Sequence record: CP060166.1
Strand: one strand, 5' to 3'
Length of the DNA: 64,000 nt
From: a plasmid
In this document: piece by piece, positions 10,064-21,488 of the stretch
How the letters are laid out: the number at the start of each line of letters is the position of its first letter
Numbering within the stretch: the stretch's first letter is position 1
Made by a program: the position numbers and the translations under genes
Notes under the pieces: generated by a model
Told to the model about the DNA's origin: nothing
The model's database searches: none
What the model saw: the letters and a program-made list of their open reading frames with translations, nothing else

Positions 10064-11587
10064 GTGATAAACGTGGCGATATTGAGCGCAATTCGACGCT
10101 GGCATTTTCGCGATGGTGCGTCGATTCGGGAAATAGCCCGACGAAGCGGCCTGTCCAGGAACACCGTTCGCAAGTATTTGCAAAGCAAGGTGGTTGAACC
10201 GCAGTACCCAGCGCGAGACAGCGTTGGCAAGTTAAGTCCTTTTGAGCCCAAGTTAAGGCAGTGGCTCTCCACCGAGCACAAAAAGACAAAGAAGCTGCGC
10301 AGAAACCTGCGCAGCATGTACCGGGATTTGGTCGCTTTGGGCTTTACCGGGTCTTATGACCGAGTGTGTGCCTTTGCCCGACAGTGGAAAGATTCCGAAC
10401 AGTTCAAGGCGCAAACCTCGGGCAAGGGTTGTTTCATCCCCTTGCGCTTTGCTTGTGGCGAAGCCTTCCAATTCGATTGGAGTGAGGACTTTGCCCGCAT
10501 AGCGGGCAAACAGGTCAAACTTCAGATTGCCCAGTTTAAGTTGGCCCACAGCCGGGCCTTTGTGCTTCGGGCTTACTACCAGCAAAAACATGAAATGCTG
10601 TTTGATGCCCACTGGCATGCCTTTCAAATCTTCGGTGGCATTCCCAAGCGCGGCATCTACGACAACATGAAGACCGCTGTGGATTCGGTGGGGCGTGGCA
10701 AAGAGCGCAGGGTCAATCAGCGGTTCACTGCCATGGTCAGCCACTACCTGTTTGATGCGCAGTTCTGTAATCCAGCATCGGGTTGGGAGAAAGGCCAGAT
10801 TGAGAAGAACGTGCAGGATTCCCGCCAACGCCTGTGGCAAGGGGCACCAGACTTTCAAAGCCTTGCTGATTTGAATGTGTGGCTTGAGCATCGCTGCAAA
10901 GCGCTGTGGTCTGAGCTGCGCCACCCCGAATTGGACCAAACCGTGCAAGAGGCCTTTGCCGATGAACAAGGCGAGTTGATGGCGCTACCCAATGCCTTTG
11001 ATGCATTCGTGGAGCAAACCAAGCGAGTCACTTCAACCTGCCTTGTTCACCACGAGGGCAATCGCTACAGCGTTCCTGCCAGTTACGCCAACAGGGCCAT
11101 CAGCCTTCGGATTTATGCAGACAAGCTGGTGATGGCTGCCGAAGGCCAACACATTGCCGAGCATCCAAGATTGTTTGGCAGTGGCCACGCTCGGCGTGGC
11201 CACACACAATACGACTGGCACCATTACTTGTCTGTGCTTCAGAAGAAACCTGGGGCGTTGCGCAATGGTGCGCCATTTGCTGAATTGCCACCCGCGTTCA
11301 AGAAGCTTCAATCCATCTTGCTGCAACGCCCCGGCGGTGACCGTGACATGGTGGAAATTCTGGCCCTTGTATTGCACCACGATGAAGGTGCGGTACTCAG
11401 TGCTGTGGAATTGGCATTGGAGTGTGGCAAGCCATCGAAGGAGCATGTGCTTAATCTGTTGGGACGTTTGACCGAAGAACCTCCACCCAAACCGATTCCA
11501 ATTCCCAAGGGGTTAAGGCTGACATTGGAACCACAGGCCAACGTGAACCGCTATGACAGTTTAAGGAGAGCCCATGATGCAGCATGA
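10064..11587 (+). CDS. istA: IS21-family transposase IstA (507 aa)
   Basis: N-terminal HTH, DDE core (DWS...D...E). Size and sequence are consistent with IS1326 IstA. Confidence 0.9.
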   Translation: MINVAILSAIRRWHFRDGASIREIARRSGLSRNTVRKYLQSKVVEPQYPARDSVGKLSPFEPKLRQWLSTEHKKTKKLRRNLRSMYRDLVALGFTGSYDRVCAFARQWKDSEQFKAQTSGKGCFIPLRFACGEAFQFDWSEDFARIAGKQVKLQIAQFKLAHSRAFVLRAYYQQKHEMLFDAHWHAFQIFGGIPKRGIYDNMKTAVDSVGRGKERRVNQRFTAMVSHYLFDAQFCNPASGWEKGQIEKNVQDSRQRLWQGAPDFQSLADLNVWLEHRCKALWSELRHPELDQTVQEAFADEQGELMALPNAFDAFVEQTKRVTSTCLVHHEGNRYSVPASYANRAISLRIYADKLVMAAEGQHIAEHPRLFGSGHARRGHTQYDWHHYLSVLQKKPGALRNGAPFAELPPAFKKLQSILLQRPGGDRDMVEILALVLHHDEGAVLSAVELALECGKPSKEHVLNLLGRLTEEPPPKPIPIPKGLRLTLEPQANVNRYDSLRRAHDAA

Positions 11588-12359
11588 AGGCCATGTGAGA
11601 ATCCTCAAATCCTTGAAACTCTTTGGCATGGCACACGCCATTGAGGAGTTGGGCAATCAGAATTCACCAGCATTTAATCAAGCCTTGCCCATGCTGGACA
11701 GCTTGATTAAAGCTGAAGTGGCAGAGCGTGAAGTACGTTCGGTGAACTATCAATTGCGGGTGGCCAAGTTCCCCGTGTATCGGGACTTGGTGGGCTTTGA
11801 CTTCAGTCAAAGCCTGGTTAATGAGGCCACGGTCAAACAATTGCACCGGTGCGACTTCATGGAACAAGCCCAGAACGTGGTGCTGATTGGTGGGCCAGGC
11901 ACAGGCAAGACTCACCTGGCCACAGCCATTGGTACACAAGCAGTGATGCACTTGAACCGACGGGTGCGTTTCTTCTCCACCGTGGATTTGGTCAATGCAC
12001 TGGAGCAAGAGAAATCATCTGGGCGTCAGGGACAAATCGCAAACCGTCTGTTGTATGCCGATTTGGTGATTCTGGATGAGCTGGGATATTTGCCTTTTAG
12101 CCAAACCGGTGGGGCACTGCTGTTTCACCTGCTCTCAAAGCTGTACGAAAAAACCAGCGTGATACTGACCACCAACTTGAGCTTCTCGGAATGGAGCCGA
12201 GTGTTTGGCGATGAAAAGATGACAACAGCGTTGTTGGACCGACTAACCCACCACTGCCACATCCTGGAAACCGGCAATGAAAGTTACCGCTTCAAACACA
12301 GTTCAACTCAGAATAAGCAGGAGGAAAAACAGACCCGCAAACTGAAAATCGAGACATAA
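11574..12359 (+). CDS. istB: IS21-family helper ATPase IstB (261 aa)
   Basis: Walker A GPGTGKTH and Walker B VILDELGY. Overlaps the istA stop. Confidence 0.9.
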   Translation: MMQHEGHVRILKSLKLFGMAHAIEELGNQNSPAFNQALPMLDSLIKAEVAEREVRSVNYQLRVAKFPVYRDLVGFDFSQSLVNEATVKQLHRCDFMEQAQNVVLIGGPGTGKTHLATAIGTQAVMHLNRRVRFFSTVDLVNALEQEKSSGRQGQIANRLLYADLVILDELGYLPFSQTGGALLFHLLSKLYEKTSVILTTNLSFSEWSRVFGDEKMTTALLDRLTHHCHILETGNESYRFKHSSTQNKQEEKQTRKLKIET

Positions 12360-12534
12360 TTCTGACAACAAGGGGTGGGTCAAAATTCAATGCAAATCCC
12401 GGGTCAAATTTGGGTGCAAATCAACAGATATCGACAACCTCTCGCGCAACCAAGACATCGCGGTCGGACTGCAAGTGATCTTGAAGCCACGGGCCCGTCC
12501 CACCCCGACATGGACCTCGATGCCCGAACGGACG

Positions 12535-13035
12535 TTAGATTTCGAGTTCTAGGCGTTCTGCGATGAAGGTTGGATCCCAGCCGGGATTGAAAGTGTCGAC
12601 GTGGGTGAATCCGAGCCGCTCGTATAGGCCACGCAGGTTCGGGTGGCAGTCGAGCCGCAGCTTGGCGCACCCCTGCGTTCGCGCGGCATGGCGGCAAGCC
12701 TCGATCAGCGCGGAGCTGACACCCCGGCCCGCATGTGTCCGTCGCACCGCGAGCTTGTGCAGATATGCGGCCTCCCCCTTGAGGGCGTCGGGCCAGAACT
12801 CGGGATCCTCGGCCGACAAGGTGCAACAGCCGACGATGCCGTCGCTGCAACTCGCGACTAGGAGCTCGGATCTCAGGACGAAGGTCTCCGCGAATGTCCG
12901 GTCGATCCGCGCGACGTCCCAGGCGGGCGTTCCCTTGGCGGACATCCACGCCGCAGCGTCGTGCATCAGCCGCACAACCTCGTCGATATCACCCGAGCAG
13001 GCGACCCGAACGTTCGGAGGCTCCTCGCTGTCCAT
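12535..13035 (-). CDS. orf5 of class 1 integron 3'-CS (GNAT acetyltransferase-like)
   Basis: MDSEEPPNVRVACSGDIDEVVRLMHDAAAWMSAKGTPAWD... is the classic 3'-CS orf5. Confidence 0.85.
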   Translation of the reverse strand: MDSEEPPNVRVACSGDIDEVVRLMHDAAAWMSAKGTPAWDVARIDRTFAETFVLRSELLVASCSDGIVGCCTLSAEDPEFWPDALKGEAAYLHKLAVRRTHAGRGVSSALIEACRHAARTQGCAKLRLDCHPNLRGLYERLGFTHVDTFNPGWDPTFIAERLELEI

Positions 13036-13162
13036 TCGCTCCCCTGGCGCGGTATGAACCGCCGCCTCATAGTGCAGTTTGATCCTGACGAGCCCAGCAT
13101 GTCTGCGCCCACCTTCGCGGAACCTGACCAGGGTCCGCTAGCGGGCGGCCGGAAGGTGAATG

Positions 13163-14002
13163 CTAGGCATGATCTAACCCTCGGTCTCTGGCGTCGCGAC
13201 TGCGAAATTTCGCGAGGGTTTCCGAGAAGGTGATTGCGCTTCGCAGATCTCCAGGCGCGTGGGTGCGGACGTAGTCAGCGCCATTGCCGATCGCGTGAAG
13301 TTCCGCCGCAAGGCTCGCTGGACCCAGATCCTTTACAGGAAGGCCAACGGTGGCGCCCAAGAAGGATTTCCGCGACACCGAGACCAATAGCGGAAGCCCC
13401 AACGCCGACTTCAGCTTTTGAAGGTTCGACAGCACGTGCAGCGATGTTTCCGGTGCGGGGCTCAAGAAAAATCCCATCCCCGGATCGAGGATGAGCCGGT
13501 CGGCAGCGACCCCGCTCCGTCGCAAGGCGGAAACCCGCGCCTCGAAGAACCGCACAATCTCGTCGAGCGCGTCTTCGGGTCGAAGGTGACCGGTGCGGGT
13601 GGCGATGCCATCCCGCTGCGCTGAGTGCATAACCACCAGCCTGCAGTCCGCCTCAGCAATATCGGGATAGAGCGCAGGGTCAGGAAATCCTTGGATATCG
13701 TTCAGGTAGCCCACGCCGCGCTTGAGCGCATAGCGCTGGGTTTCCGGTTGGAAGCTGTCGATTGAAACACGGTGCATCTGATCGGACAGGGCGTCTAAGA
13801 GCGGCGCAATACGTCTGATCTCATCGGCCGGCGATACAGGCCTCGCGTCCGGATGGCTGGCGGCCGGTCCGACATCCACGACGTCTGATCCGACTCGCAG
13901 CATTTCGATCGCCGCGGTGACAGCGCCGGCGGGGTCTAGCCGCCGGCTCTCATCGAAGAAGGAGTCCTCGGTGAGATTCAGAATGCCGAACACCGTCACC
14001 AT
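13163..14002 (-). CDS. sul1: dihydropteroate synthase Sul1 (279 aa; track ORF is extended upstream)
   Basis: [106 protein letters not shown]... Confidence 0.95.
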   Translation of the reverse strand: MVTVFGILNLTEDSFFDESRRLDPAGAVTAAIEMLRVGSDVVDVGPAASHPDARPVSPADEIRRIAPLLDALSDQMHRVSIDSFQPETQRYALKRGVGYLNDIQGFPDPALYPDIAEADCRLVVMHSAQRDGIATRTGHLRPEDALDEIVRFFEARVSALRRSGVAADRLILDPGMGFFLSPAPETSLHVLSNLQKLKSALGLPLLVSVSRKSFLGATVGLPVKDLGPASLAAELHAIGNGADYVRTHAPGDLRSAITFSETLAKFRSRDARDRGLDHA

Positions 14003-14343
14003 GGCGTCGGCCTCCGCAGCGACTTCCACGATGGGGATCGGGCGAGCAAAAAGGCAGCAATTATGAGCCCCATACCTACAAAGCCCCACGCATCAAGCTT
14101 TTGCCCATGAAGCAACCAGGCAATGGCTGTAATTATGACGACGCCGAGTCCCGACCAGACTGCATAAGCAACACCGACAGGGATGGATTTCAGAACCAGA
14201 GAAAGAAAATAAAATGCGATGCCATAACCGATTATGACAACGGCGGAAGGGGCAAGCTTAGTAAAGCCCTCGCTAGATTTTAATGCGGATGTTGCGATTA
14301 CTTCGCCAACTATTGCGATAACAAGAAAAAGCCAGCCTTTCAT
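13996..14343 (-). CDS. qacEdelta1: QacEdelta1 SMR efflux protein (115 aa)
   Basis: [115 protein letters not shown] overlaps the sul1 start. Confidence 0.95.
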   Translation of the reverse strand: MKGWLFLVIAIVGEVIATSALKSSEGFTKLAPSAVVIIGYGIAFYFLSLVLKSIPVGVAYAVWSGLGVVIITAIAWLLHGQKLDAWGFVGMGLIIAAFLLARSPSWKSLRRPTPW

Positions 14344-14445
14344 GATATATCTCCCAATTTGTGTAGGGCTTATTATGCACGCTTAAAAATAATAAAAGCA
14401 GACTTGACCTGATAGTTTGGCTGTGAGCAATTATGTGCTTAGTGC

Positions 14446-14505
14446 ATCTAACGCTTGAGTTAAGCCGCGCCGCGAAGCGGCGTCGGCTTGAACGAATTGT
14501 TAGAC
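14446..14505. other. attC (59-be) of the aadA1 cassette
   Basis: Reverse complement reads GTCTAACAATTCGTTCAAGCCGACGCCGCTTCGCGGCGCGGCTTAACTCAAGCGTTAGAT, followed by the canonical start of the 3'-CS. Confidence 0.65.
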
Positions 14506-14506
14506 A

Positions 14507-15298
14507 TTATTTGCCGACTACCTTGGTGATCTCGCCTTTCACGTAGTGAACAAATTCTTCCAACTGATCTGCGCGCGAGGCCAAGCGATCTTCTTCTTGT
14601 CCAAGATAAGCCTGTCTAGCTTCAAGTATGACGGGCTGATACTGGGCCGGCAGGCGCTCCATTGCCCAGTCGGCAGCGACATCCTTCGGCGCGATTCTGC
14701 CGGTTACTGCGCTGTACCAAATGCGGGACAACGTAAGCACTACATTTCGCTCATCGCCAGCCCAGTCGGGCGGCGAGTTCCATAGCGTTAAGGTTTCATT
14801 TAGCGCCTCAAATAGATCCTGTTCAGGAACCGGATCAAAGAGTTCCTCCGCCGCTGGACCTACCAAGGCAACGCTATGTTCTCTTGCTTTTGTCAGCAAG
14901 ATAGCCAGATCAATGTCGATCGTGGCTGGCTCGAAGATACCTGCAAGAATGTCATTGCGCTGCCATTCTCCAAATTGCAGTTCGCGCTTAGCTGGATAAC
15001 GCCACGGAATGATGTCGTCGTGCACAACAATGGTGACTTCTACAGCGCGGAGAATCTCGCTCTCTCCAGGGGAAGCCGAAGTTTCCAAAAGGTCGTTGAT
15101 CAAAGCTCGCCGCGTTGTTTCATCAAGCCTTACGGTCACCGTAACCAGCAAATCAATATCACTGTGTGGCTTCAGGCCGCCATCCACTGCGGAGCCGTAC
15201 AAATGTACGGCCAGCAACGTCGGTTCGAGATGGCGCTCGATGACGCCAACTACCTCTGATAGTTGAGTCGATACTTCGGCGATCACCGCTTCCCTCAT
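14507..15298 (-). CDS. aadA1: aminoglycoside 3''-adenylyltransferase AadA1-type (263 aa)
   Basis: MREAVIAEVSTQLSEVVGVIERHLEPTLLAVHLYGSAVDGGLKPHSDIDLLVTVTVRLDETTRRALINDLLETSASPGESEILRAVEVTIVVHDDIIPWRYPAKRELQFGEW... Confidence 0.93.
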   Translation of the reverse strand: MREAVIAEVSTQLSEVVGVIERHLEPTLLAVHLYGSAVDGGLKPHSDIDLLVTVTVRLDETTRRALINDLLETSASPGESEILRAVEVTIVVHDDIIPWRYPAKRELQFGEWQRNDILAGIFEPATIDIDLAILLTKAREHSVALVGPAAEELFDPVPEQDLFEALNETLTLWNSPPDWAGDERNVVLTLSRIWYSAVTGRIAPKDVAADWAMERLPAQYQPVILEARQAYLGQEEDRLASRADQLEEFVHYVKGEITKVVGK

Positions 15299-15390
15299 GA
15301 TGTTTAACGCCTGGCACAGCGGATCGCAAACCTGGCGCGGCTTTTGGTACAAAAGGCGTGACAGGTTTGCGAATCCGTTGCTGCCACTTG
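15299..15390. other. attC of the dfrA1 cassette
   Basis: ~92-bp imperfect inverted-repeat element between the aadA1 start and dfrA1 stop, with GTTAAC/GTTAAAC core-like ends. Confidence 0.45.
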
Positions 15391-15864
15391 TTAACCCTTT
15401 TGCCAGATTTGGTAACTATAATTTATGTTAGAGGCGAAGTCTTGGGTAAAAACTGGCCTAAAATTGCTGGGGATTTCAGGAAAGTAAACATCACCTTCCG
15501 GCTCGATGTCTATTGTAGATATATGTAGTGTATCTACTTGATCGATCAGGCTTTTGTATATCTCCCCACCACCTGAAACAATGACATGATCCGTTATTTT
15601 CTTTAGGTTGGTTAAAGCATCTTTAATTGATGGAAAGATCACTACGTTCTCATTGTCAGATGTAAAACTTGAACGTGTTACGACCGCATACTTTCGGTTG
15701 GGTAATGCTCCCATTGATTCAAAAGTCTTGCGTCCAACCAACAGCCATTGGTTATAGGTAATAGCTTTAAACAGGAGCTGTTCACCTTTGGCACTCCATG
15801 GAATATCAGGGCCATTCCCGATAACTCCATTCTTCGATATAGCTACCATTAGTGATAGTTTCAC
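15391..15864 (-). CDS. dfrA1: trimethoprim-resistant dihydrofolate reductase DfrA1 (157 aa)
   Basis: [74 protein letters not shown]... Confidence 0.95.
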   Translation of the reverse strand: MKLSLMVAISKNGVIGNGPDIPWSAKGEQLLFKAITYNQWLLVGRKTFESMGALPNRKYAVVTRSSFTSDNENVVIFPSIKDALTNLKKITDHVIVSGGGEIYKSLIDQVDTLHISTIDIEPEGDVYFPEIPSNFRPVFTQDFASNINYSYQIWQKG

Positions 15865-16020
15865 AATTCTTCCTCAGAGGTTAACTTTGTTTTAGGGCGA
15901 CTGCCCTGCTGCGTAACATCGTTGCTGCTCCATAACATCAAACATCGACCCACGGCGTAACGCGCTTGCTGCTTGGATGCCCGAGGCATAGACTGTACAA
16001 AAAAACAGTCATAACAAGCC
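15865..16020. other. attI1 integration site region between intI1 and the first cassette
   Basis: Contains GTTAACTTTGTTTTAGGGCGACTGCCCTGCTGCGTAACATCGTTGCT upstream of the divergent intI1 start. Confidence 0.6.
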
Positions 16021-17010
16021 ATGAAAACCGCCACTGCGCCGTTACCACCGCTGCGTTCGGTCAAGGTTCTGGACCAGTTGCGTGAGCGCATACGCTACTT
16101 GCATTACAGCTTACGAACCGAACAGGCTTATGTCCACTGGGTTCGTGCCTTCATCCGTTTCCACGGTGTGCGTCACCCGGCAACCTTGGGCAGCAGCGAA
16201 GTCGAGGCATTTCTGTCCTGGCTGGCGAACGAGCGCAAGGTTTCGGTCTCCACGCATCGTCAGGCATTGGCGGCCTTGCTGTTCTTCTACGGCAAGGTGC
16301 TGTGCACGGATCTGCCCTGGCTTCAGGAGATCGGAAGACCTCGGCCGTCGCGGCGCTTGCCGGTGGTGCTGACCCCGGATGAAGTGGTTCGCATCCTCGG
16401 TTTTCTGGAAGGCGAGCATCGTTTGTTCGCCCAGCTTCTGTATGGAACGGGCATGCGGATCAGTGAGGGTTTGCAACTGCGGGTCAAGGATCTGGATTTC
16501 GATCACGGCACGATCATCGTGCGGGAGGGCAAGGGCTCCAAGGATCGGGCCTTGATGTTACCCGAGAGCTTGGCACCCAGCCTGCGCGAGCAGCTGTCGC
16601 GTGCACGGGCATGGTGGCTGAAGGACCAGGCCGAGGGCCGCAGCGGCGTTGCGCTTCCCGACGCCCTTGAGCGGAAGTATCCGCGCGCCGGGCATTCCTG
16701 GCCGTGGTTCTGGGTTTTTGCGCAGCACACGCATTCGACCGATCCACGGAGCGGTGTCGTGCGTCGCCATCACATGTATGACCAGACCTTTCAGCGCGCC
16801 TTCAAACGTGCCGTAGAACAAGCAGGCATCACGAAGCCCGCCACACCGCACACCCTCCGCCACTCGTTCGCGACGGCCTTGCTCCGCAGCGGTTACGACA
16901 TTCGAACCGTGCAGGATCTGCTCGGCCATTCCGACGTCTCTACGACGATGATTTACACGCATGTGCTGAAAGTTGGCGGTGCCGGAGTGCGCTCACCGCT
17001 TGATGGGGTC
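16021..17010 (+). pseudogene. intI1: class 1 integrase intI1 lacking about the last 10 codons; the 3' end is replaced by a Tn5393 terminal repeat
   Basis: [20 protein letters not shown]...[19 protein letters not shown], then the frame reads into GGGGTCGTTTGCGGGAGAGGGCG... (Tn5393 IR) instead of ALPPLTSER. Confidence 0.9.
16108..16136 (-). promoter_or_regulatory. Pc cassette promoter, weak variant (TGGACA-N17-TAAGCT on the minus strand, inside intI1)
   Basis: + strand AGCTTA at 16108-16113 and TGTCCA at 16131-16136 with a 17-bp spacer and no TGN extension. No GGG insertion creating P2 was seen. Confidence 0.55.
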
Positions 17011-17091
17011 GTTTGCGGGAGAGGGCGAAATCCTACGCTAAGGCTTTGGCCAACGATATTCTCCGGTAAGATTGATGTGTTCCCAGGGGAT
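17011..17091. repeat. Tn5393 81-bp terminal inverted repeat (strB-proximal end)
   Basis: GGGGTCGTTTGCGGGAGAGGGCGAAATCCTACGCTAAGGCTTTGGCCAACGATATTCTCCGGTAAGATTGATGTGTTCCCAGGGGATAGGAGAAGTCGCTTGATAT lies 20 bp from the strB stop. Confidence 0.8.
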
Positions 17092-17110
17092 AGGAGAAGT
17101 CGCTTGATAT

Positions 17111-17947
17111 CTAGTATGACGTCTGTCGCACCTGCTTGATCGCGGCCGCGATAGCTAGATCGCGTTGCTCCTCTTCTCCATCCGCGTTCCAAGCTGCGGA
17201 AAGGCACCCATAAGCGTACGCCTGGTCGAGCAGGCGACGCGGATCGACGTCCAGCGCACGAGAGAATGCGTCCGCCATCTGTGCAATGCGTCTAGGATCG
17301 AGACAAAGGTCGTCTCTGTCAGCCGGATCGTAGAACATATTGGCGGCGCCAAAGCCCACTTCACCGACCAGACCGACGGGATCTATCACCAGCCAGCCGC
17401 GACTGGAGAACATGATGTTTTCATGATGCAGATCGCCATGTAGCCCACGCAGTTCCGAGGCATTGCTCATCATTTGATCGGCTATAATCGCCGCGTGGAC
17501 GTAGTCAGTTTGACAACCTGCGTTTTGATCATCGCGCGCCCGCTGAAACAAAGCTGCAAAGCGATCCCGGATCGGGAGAAGGGCAGAAGGCAGGGGTTCC
17601 TCAGATGCGGCATACAGCTTCGCCATTAGTTCCGCTGCAATTTCGGTCGCCTGGTAGTCGCCGTGCTCGGCAACGATGTGAGAGAGCATTCGCTCCCCGG
17701 CATATTCGAGCAACATCAGATTGTTCTCACGACCGAGCAACCGGACTGCTCCCCTCCCATTGCGCCATACCAGATAGTCGGCCCCGCGCAGTTCATCAGC
17801 AATGTCTTCTATAGGTTTCAATCCCTTGACGATTGCAGGAGTCCCGTCTGGCAATGAAACTTTCCAAACGAGGCTGGAAAAGGTGTCCGCAATGAGAACA
17901 GGTTGCGAAACGTGCCAATGAGCAGGAAAAACAGGCGGCATGAACAT
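17111..17947 (-). CDS. strB: aminoglycoside phosphotransferase APH(6)-Id (StrB, 278 aa)
   Basis: [92 protein letters not shown]... Confidence 0.95.
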   Translation of the reverse strand: MFMPPVFPAHWHVSQPVLIADTFSSLVWKVSLPDGTPAIVKGLKPIEDIADELRGADYLVWRNGRGAVRLLGRENNLMLLEYAGERMLSHIVAEHGDYQATEIAAELMAKLYAASEEPLPSALLPIRDRFAALFQRARDDQNAGCQTDYVHAAIIADQMMSNASELRGLHGDLHHENIMFSSRGWLVIDPVGLVGEVGFGAANMFYDPADRDDLCLDPRRIAQMADAFSRALDVDPRRLLDQAYAYGCLSAAWNADGEEEQRDLAIAAAIKQVRQTSY

Positions 17948-18750
17948 CAACCCCAAGTCAGAGGGTCCAATCGCAGATAGAAGGCAAGGCGTTCGCGGTC
18001 GGGGGCTTCGATCCCCAATACATTGAATAGGACAGCGAAGGCGCGCTCTGCTTCATCTGGCGCTGCCCAGTTCTCTTCGGCGTTAGCAATCATGAGTGCC
18101 AAATCGGCATAGCGATCTGCTGTTCCGAGCCGCCCAAGGTCGATCAGACCCGTGCATTGAAGAGTTTTAGGGTCCACCATGAAGTTCGGCATGCAGGGAT
18201 CACCATGGCAAACAACCATATCGGTGCGCTCTTGGTCGAGCCGCACCGGTAGCTCTCGTTCGACACGAGCCAAAAGATCGAGCTGCGGCGTACTCTTGTC
18301 CTCGTCCGGTAAGAAGTCGGGATTGACGGCATTGCGGGACACCACATCAACGGCGCGTCCGAACATTCGCGACAGCCTGCGCTCAAACGGACATTGATCA
18401 ACCGATAGGCTGTGAACAGCGCCAAGTTGCTGCCCCATTGACGGCCACGCTTTGAGCAAATCCGCTCCAGACAGATCAGCCGCCGGTACTCCCGGAATTG
18501 CCGTTATCACCAAGCATGCACCCTCCTGTTCCTCCTGCCAGTTGATGACCTCGGGGCAAGCCACACCTCGACCTTTGAGCCAAATGAGGCGGTCACGCTC
18601 TCCAGCGAGCTCACCGCGGCGGGAAGCAGGTGCGATTTTCGCGAAGGCATGCCCGTCACCACGTCGAAAAACAAAATCACCAGATTCTCCGCCTCTGACA
18701 GGCAACCAGTCAGAATGCGATTCACCAAAAAAAATATTAGTTCGATTCAA
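17947..18750 (-). CDS. strA: aminoglycoside phosphotransferase APH(3'')-Ib (StrA, 267 aa)
   Basis: MNRTNIFFGESHSDWLPVRGGESGDFVFRRGDGHAFAKIAPASRRGELAGERDRLIWLKGRGVACPEVINW... Confidence 0.95.
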   Translation of the reverse strand: MNRTNIFFGESHSDWLPVRGGESGDFVFRRGDGHAFAKIAPASRRGELAGERDRLIWLKGRGVACPEVINWQEEQEGACLVITAIPGVPAADLSGADLLKAWPSMGQQLGAVHSLSVDQCPFERRLSRMFGRAVDVVSRNAVNPDFLPDEDKSTPQLDLLARVERELPVRLDQERTDMVVCHGDPCMPNFMVDPKTLQCTGLIDLGRLGTADRYADLALMIANAEENWAAPDEAERAFAVLFNVLGIEAPDRERLAFYLRLDPLTWG

Positions 18751-18810
18751 TGGAGGTTCCTTCAGTTTTCTGATGAAGCGCGAATATAGAGAAATATCCC
18801 GAATGTGCAG

Positions 18811-19626
18811 TTAACGAATTCTTGCGGTTTCTTTTAGCGCCGCCAATACCGCCAGCCCGTCGCGCAAGGGGCGCGGCTCGTGTGTGCGGATGAAGTCAGC
18901 TCCACCTGCGGCGGCGGCAAGCTCTGCAGCGAGTGTCGCGGCCCCGACATCCCCCGGACCACGGCCTGTGAGCGCGCGCAGAAAGGATTTGCGCGAAACA
19001 GACAGAAGCACCGGCAAATCGAAGCGCAGCCGCAATTCATCGAACCGCGCCAGCACCGAGAGCGAGGTTTCGGGAGCAGCCCCCAGAAAAAACCCCATGC
19101 CGGGATCAAGGACAAGGCGGTTGCGTTTGATACCGGCACCCGTCAGCGCCGCGATGCGCGCGTCAAAGAACGCCGCAATGTGATCCATGATGTCGCCAGC
19201 GGGTGCCTCGCGCCGATCTGCCTGCCCGTCTTGCACCGAATGCATAACGACGAGTTTGGCAGATGATTTCGCCAATTGCGGATAGAACGCAGCGTCTGGA
19301 AAACCGCGAATATCATTGAGATAGGCCACACCACGCGACAAGGCATAGGCTTGCGTCGCGGGTTGATAACTGTCGAGCGAGACGGGAATGCCATCTGCCT
19401 TGAGCGCGTCCAGCACCGGCGCGATACGCTCGATTTCTGTGTCGGACGAAACAGGCGCGGCGTCGGGGTTGCTGGATGCCGGACCGAGGTCGATCACATC
19501 TGCCCCCTCGGCCATCAGCTTACGCGCCTGCGCAATGGCTGCGTCTGGCGCCAGATACCGGCCTCCATCGGAGAAACTGTCCGAGGTTATGTTGACGATG
19601 CCGAAAATGATGAGCGATTTATTCAT
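18811..19626 (-). CDS. sul2: dihydropteroate synthase Sul2 (271 aa)
   Basis: MNKSLIIFGIVNITSDSFSDGGRYLAPDAAIAQARKLMAEGADVIDLGPASSNPDAAPVSSDTEIERIAPVLDALKADGIPVSLDSYQPATQAYALSRGVAYLNDIRGF... Confidence 0.95.
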   Translation of the reverse strand: MNKSLIIFGIVNITSDSFSDGGRYLAPDAAIAQARKLMAEGADVIDLGPASSNPDAAPVSSDTEIERIAPVLDALKADGIPVSLDSYQPATQAYALSRGVAYLNDIRGFPDAAFYPQLAKSSAKLVVMHSVQDGQADRREAPAGDIMDHIAAFFDARIAALTGAGIKRNRLVLDPGMGFFLGAAPETSLSVLARFDELRLRFDLPVLLSVSRKSFLRALTGRGPGDVGAATLAAELAAAAGGADFIRTHEPRPLRDGLAVLAALKETARIR

Positions 19627-19933
19627 GGGGGCTTCTATAATAATAATAATCGAGCATGAGTCTCATACGGATGCTCGGGTCGAAAGGGAATCCCCAGGCG
19701 AGTAACCTGTTTGCGGTGATCCATTAGCTGCAGGAGCAGAATAGCATACATCTGGAAGCAAAGCCAGGAAAGCGGCCTATGGAGCTGTGCGGCAGCGCTC
19801 AGTAGGCAATTTTTCAAAATATTGTTAAGCCTTTTCTGAGCATGGTATTTTTCATGGTATTACCAATTAGCAGGAAAATAAGCCATTGAATATAAAAGAT
19901 AAAAATGTCTTGTTTACAATAGAGTGGGGGGGG

Positions 19934-20785
19934 TCAGCCTGCCGCCTTGGGCCGGGTGATGTCGTACTTGCCCGCCGCGAACTCGGTTACCGTCCAGCCC
20001 AGCGCGACCAGCTCCGGCAACGCCTCGCGCACCCGCTGGCGGCGCTTGCGCATGGTCGAACCACTGGCCTCTGACGGCCAGACATAGCCGCACAAGGTAT
20101 CTATGGAAGCCTTGCCGGTTTTGCCGGGGTCGATCCAGCCACACAGCCGCTGGTGCAGCAGGCGGGCGGTTTCGCTGTCCAGCGCCCGCACCTCGTCCAT
20201 GCTGATGCGCACATGCTGGCCGCCACCCATGACGGCCTGCGCGATCAAGGGGTTCAGGGCCACGTACAGGCGCCCGTCCGCCTCGTCGCTGGCGTACTCC
20301 GACAGCAGCCGAAACCCCTGCCGCTTGCGGCCATTCTGGGCGATGATGGATACCTTCCAAAGGCGCTCGATGCAGTCCTGTATGTGCTTGAGCGCCCCAC
20401 CACTATCGACCTCTGCCCCGATTTCCTTTGCCAGCGCCCGATAGCTACCTTTGACCACCATGGCATCAGCGGTGACGGCCTCCCACTTGGGTTCCAGGAA
20501 CAGCCGGAGCTGCCGTCCGCCTTCGGTCTTGGGTTCCGGGCCAAGCACTAGGCCATTAGGCCCAGCCATGGCCACCAGCCCTTGCAGGATGCGCAGATCA
20601 TCAGCGCCCAGCGGCTCCGGGCCGCTGAACTCGATCCGCTTGCCGTCGCCGTAGTCATACGTCACGTCCAGCTTGCTGCGCTTGCGCTCGCCCCGCTTGA
20701 GGGCACGGAACAGGCCGGGGGCCAGACAGTGCGCCGGGTCGTGCCGGACGTGGCTGAGGCTGTGCTTGTTCTTAGGCTTCACCAC
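19934..20785 (-). CDS. repC: RSF1010/IncQ replication initiator RepC (283 aa; track ORF is extended upstream)
   Basis: MVKPKNKHSLSHVRHDPAHCLAPGLFRALKRGERKRSKLDVTYDYGDGKRIEFSGPEPLG... Confidence 0.9.
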   Translation of the reverse strand: MVKPKNKHSLSHVRHDPAHCLAPGLFRALKRGERKRSKLDVTYDYGDGKRIEFSGPEPLGADDLRILQGLVAMAGPNGLVLGPEPKTEGGRQLRLFLEPKWEAVTADAMVVKGSYRALAKEIGAEVDSGGALKHIQDCIERLWKVSIIAQNGRKRQGFRLLSEYASDEADGRLYVALNPLIAQAVMGGGQHVRISMDEVRALDSETARLLHQRLCGWIDPGKTGKASIDTLCGYVWPSEASGSTMRKRRQRVREALPELVALGWTVTEFAAGKYDITRPKAAG

Positions 20786-21488
20786 GGGGCACCCCCTTGC
20801 TCTTGCGCTGCCTCTCCAGCACGGCGGGCTTGAGCACCCCGCCGTCATGCCGCCTGAACCACCGATCAGCGAACGGTGCGCCATAGTTGGCCTTGCTCAC
20901 ACCGAAGCGGACGAAGAACCGGCGCTGGTCGTCGTCCACACCCCATTCCTCGGCCTCGGCGCTGGTCATGCTCGACAGGTAGGACTGCCAGCGGATGTTA
21001 TCGACCAGTACCGAGCTGCCCCGGCTGGCCTGCTGCTGGTCGCCTGCGCCCATCATGGCCGCGCCCTTGCTGGCATGGTGCAGGAACACGATAGAGCACC
21101 CGGTATCGGCGGCGATGGCCTCCATGCGACCGATGACCTGGGCCATGGGGCCGCTGGCGTTTTCTTCCTCGATGTGGAACCGGCGCAGCGTGTCCAGCAC
21201 CATCAGGCGGCGGCCCTCGGCGGCGCGCTTGAGGCCGTCGAACCACTCCGGGGCCATGATGTTGGGCAGGCTGCCGATCAGCGGCTGGATCAGCAGGCCG
21301 TCAGCCACGGCTTGCCGTTCCTCGGCGCTGAGGTGCGCCCCAAGGGCGTGCAGGCGGTGATGAATGGCGGTGGGCGGGTCTTCGGCGGGCAGGTAGATCA
21401 CCGGGCCGGTGGGCAGTTCGCCCACCTCCAGCAGATCCGGCCCGCCTGCAATCTGTGCGGCCAGTTGCAGGGCCAGCATGGATTTACC
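20772..21488 (-). pseudogene. repA: RSF1010 RepA helicase, 5'-truncated by IS26 (C-terminal ~235 aa remain)
   Basis: ...GAPFADRWFRRHDGGVLKPAVLERQRKSKGVPRGEA* C-terminus overlapping the repC start. The frame runs into the IS26 end at 21489. Confidence 0.85.

Larger units (their letters stand above)
9958..12424 (+). mobile_element. IS1326 (IS21 family)
   Basis: Both termini begin CTGTTGA(G/T)TTGCA and carry multiple TTTGACCC repeats (9958-10060 and 12365-12424). It contains istA/istB of the sizes reported for IS1326 (507 and 261 aa). Confidence 0.8.

Noticed and set aside
14446-14506. Sequence resembling attI1 between qacEdelta1 and aadA1
   Set aside because: On inspection it is the aadA1 attC followed by the canonical start of the 3'-CS. 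The true attI1 lies at 15865-16020 next to intI1.
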